Part shown: positions 62,783 through 64,000 of the stretch, in pieces | Numbering within the stretch: position 1 is the stretch's first letter | Layout: the number at the start of each line of letters is the position of its first letter | NCBI GenBank assembly: GCA_043228905.1 | Contig: JBHGNT010000008.1 | Location: 7,812,001 to 7,876,000 of the forward strand | Reading direction: 5' to 3' | Length of the DNA: 64,000 bases | Origin: Azolla caroliniana | Taxonomy: Eukaryota; Plantae; Polypodiophyta | Program-made: the position numbers and the translations under genes | Notes under the pieces: model-generated | What the model was told of the DNA's origin: nothing | The model's database searches: none | What the model saw: the letters and a program-made list of their open reading frames with translations, nothing else

Positions 62783-64000
62783 TAACTAGCTAACTATCCT
62801 AGTAGCTAATTAGCTATTCTAGTAGCTAGTTAGCTATTCTAGTAGCTAGTTAGCTATTCTAGTAGCTAATTAGCTATCATGGTAGCTAATTAGCTGTCCT
62901 AGTAGCTAATTAGTTGTCCTAGTAGCTAATTAGCTATCATGGTAGTTAATTAGCTGTCGTAGTAGCTAATTAGCTATCATGGTAGCTAATTAGCTGTTCT
63001 AGTAGCTAATTAGCTATCATGGTAGCTAATTAGCTGTAGTAGTAGCTAATTAGCTATCATGGTAGCTAATTAGCTGTCCTAGTAGCTAATTGGTTGTCCT
63101 AGTAGCTAATTAGCTATCATGGTAGCTAATTAGCTGTCGTAGTAGCTAATTAGCTATCATGGTAGCTAATTAGCTATTCTAGTAGCTAATTAGCTATTCT
63201 AGTAGCTAATTAGCTATCATGGTAGCTAATTAGCTGTCGTAGTAGCTAATTAGCTGTCCTAGTAGTTAATTAGTTGTCCTAGTAGCTAATTAGCTATCAT
63301 GGTAGCTAATTAGCTGCTCTAGTAGCTAATTAGCTATCATGGTGGCTAATTAGCTTTCCTAGTAACTAATTAGCTATCATGGTAGCTAATTAGCTGGTCT
63401 AATAGCTAATTAGCTATCATGGTGGCTAATTAGCTTTCCTAGTAACTAATTAGCTATCATGGTAGCTAATTAGCTGGTCTAGTAGCTAATTAGCTATCAT
63501 GGTAGCTAATTAGCTGGTCTAGTAGCTAATTAGCTATAATGGTGGCTGATTAGCTTTCCTAGTAACTAATTAGCTATCATGGTAGCTAATTAGCTGGTCT
63601 AGTAGCTAATTAGCTATCATGGTAGCTAATTAGCTATCACGGTGGCTAATTAGCTGTCCTAGTAACTAATTAGCTATCATGGTAGCTAATTAGCTGGTCT
63701 AGTAGCTAATTAGCTATAATGGTGGCTAATTAGCTATCCTAACTAATTAGCTATCATGGTAGTAGCTATTGAGAGTAGCCAGTTACCTATGTAGTAGCTA
63801 TCATAGTAGCTAATTAGCTATCATGGTAGCTAATTAGCTTTCCTAGTAGCTAATTAGCTGGTAATAACGAAATAGCTAACTAGCTACCATGATAGCTAAC
63901 TAGCTAGCAGTACAACTAATTATCTGGTAGTACCTAAATTAGCTATTGAGAATAGCTAATTAGCTATCATGGTAGTAACTATTGAGAGTAGCTAGTTACC
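62783..64000. repeat. TAGCTAATTAGCTA palindromic satellite (20-bp unit, 40-bp dimers) in the transposase intron
   Basis: Alternating TAGCTAATTAGCTATCATGG and TAGCTAATTAGCTGTCCTAG units to near the window end. Confidence 0.97.

Larger units (their letters stand above)
54289..64000 (-). mobile_element. Large Sola2-like DNA transposon (one end only) with accessory genes
   Basis: Abrupt junction inside the chromovirus 3' LTR (...ATGATTGG|GGGTAAAAGCATGCGAG); the TAGCTAATTAGCTA motif occurs from 54320 to the window end and ties the region together; DDD transposase at 60910-62751. Confidence 0.75.

Overview
Eukaryotic land-plant nuclear DNA (probably a non-seed plant such as a bryophyte; this is inferred from the TE lineages, not proven). 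One host gene, a 3-exon glutamyl-tRNA reductase (HEMA, 28191-32033, +), sits in an AT-rich island between two deeply nested transposon clusters. Left cluster (1-22.5 kb): a stack of degenerate Ty1/copia and Ty3/gypsy elements, including a small internally deleted chromovirus whose LTRs carry a tRNA-like sequence and which has a Tf1-type self-priming site. Right cluster (35.4-64 kb): more copia elements, an intact young chromovirus (1463-aa ORF) and, inserted into its 3' LTR, a large (>9.7 kb, running off the window) Sola2-like DDD DNA transposon. That transposon carries a spliced RING-H2 gene and an FCP1/NIF-like pseudo-phosphatase ORF, and its introns are filled with a TAGCTAATTAGCTA palindromic satellite and a telo-box array. 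This element is the most novel system in the window. Family assignments rest on motif recognition by eye; no searches were run.
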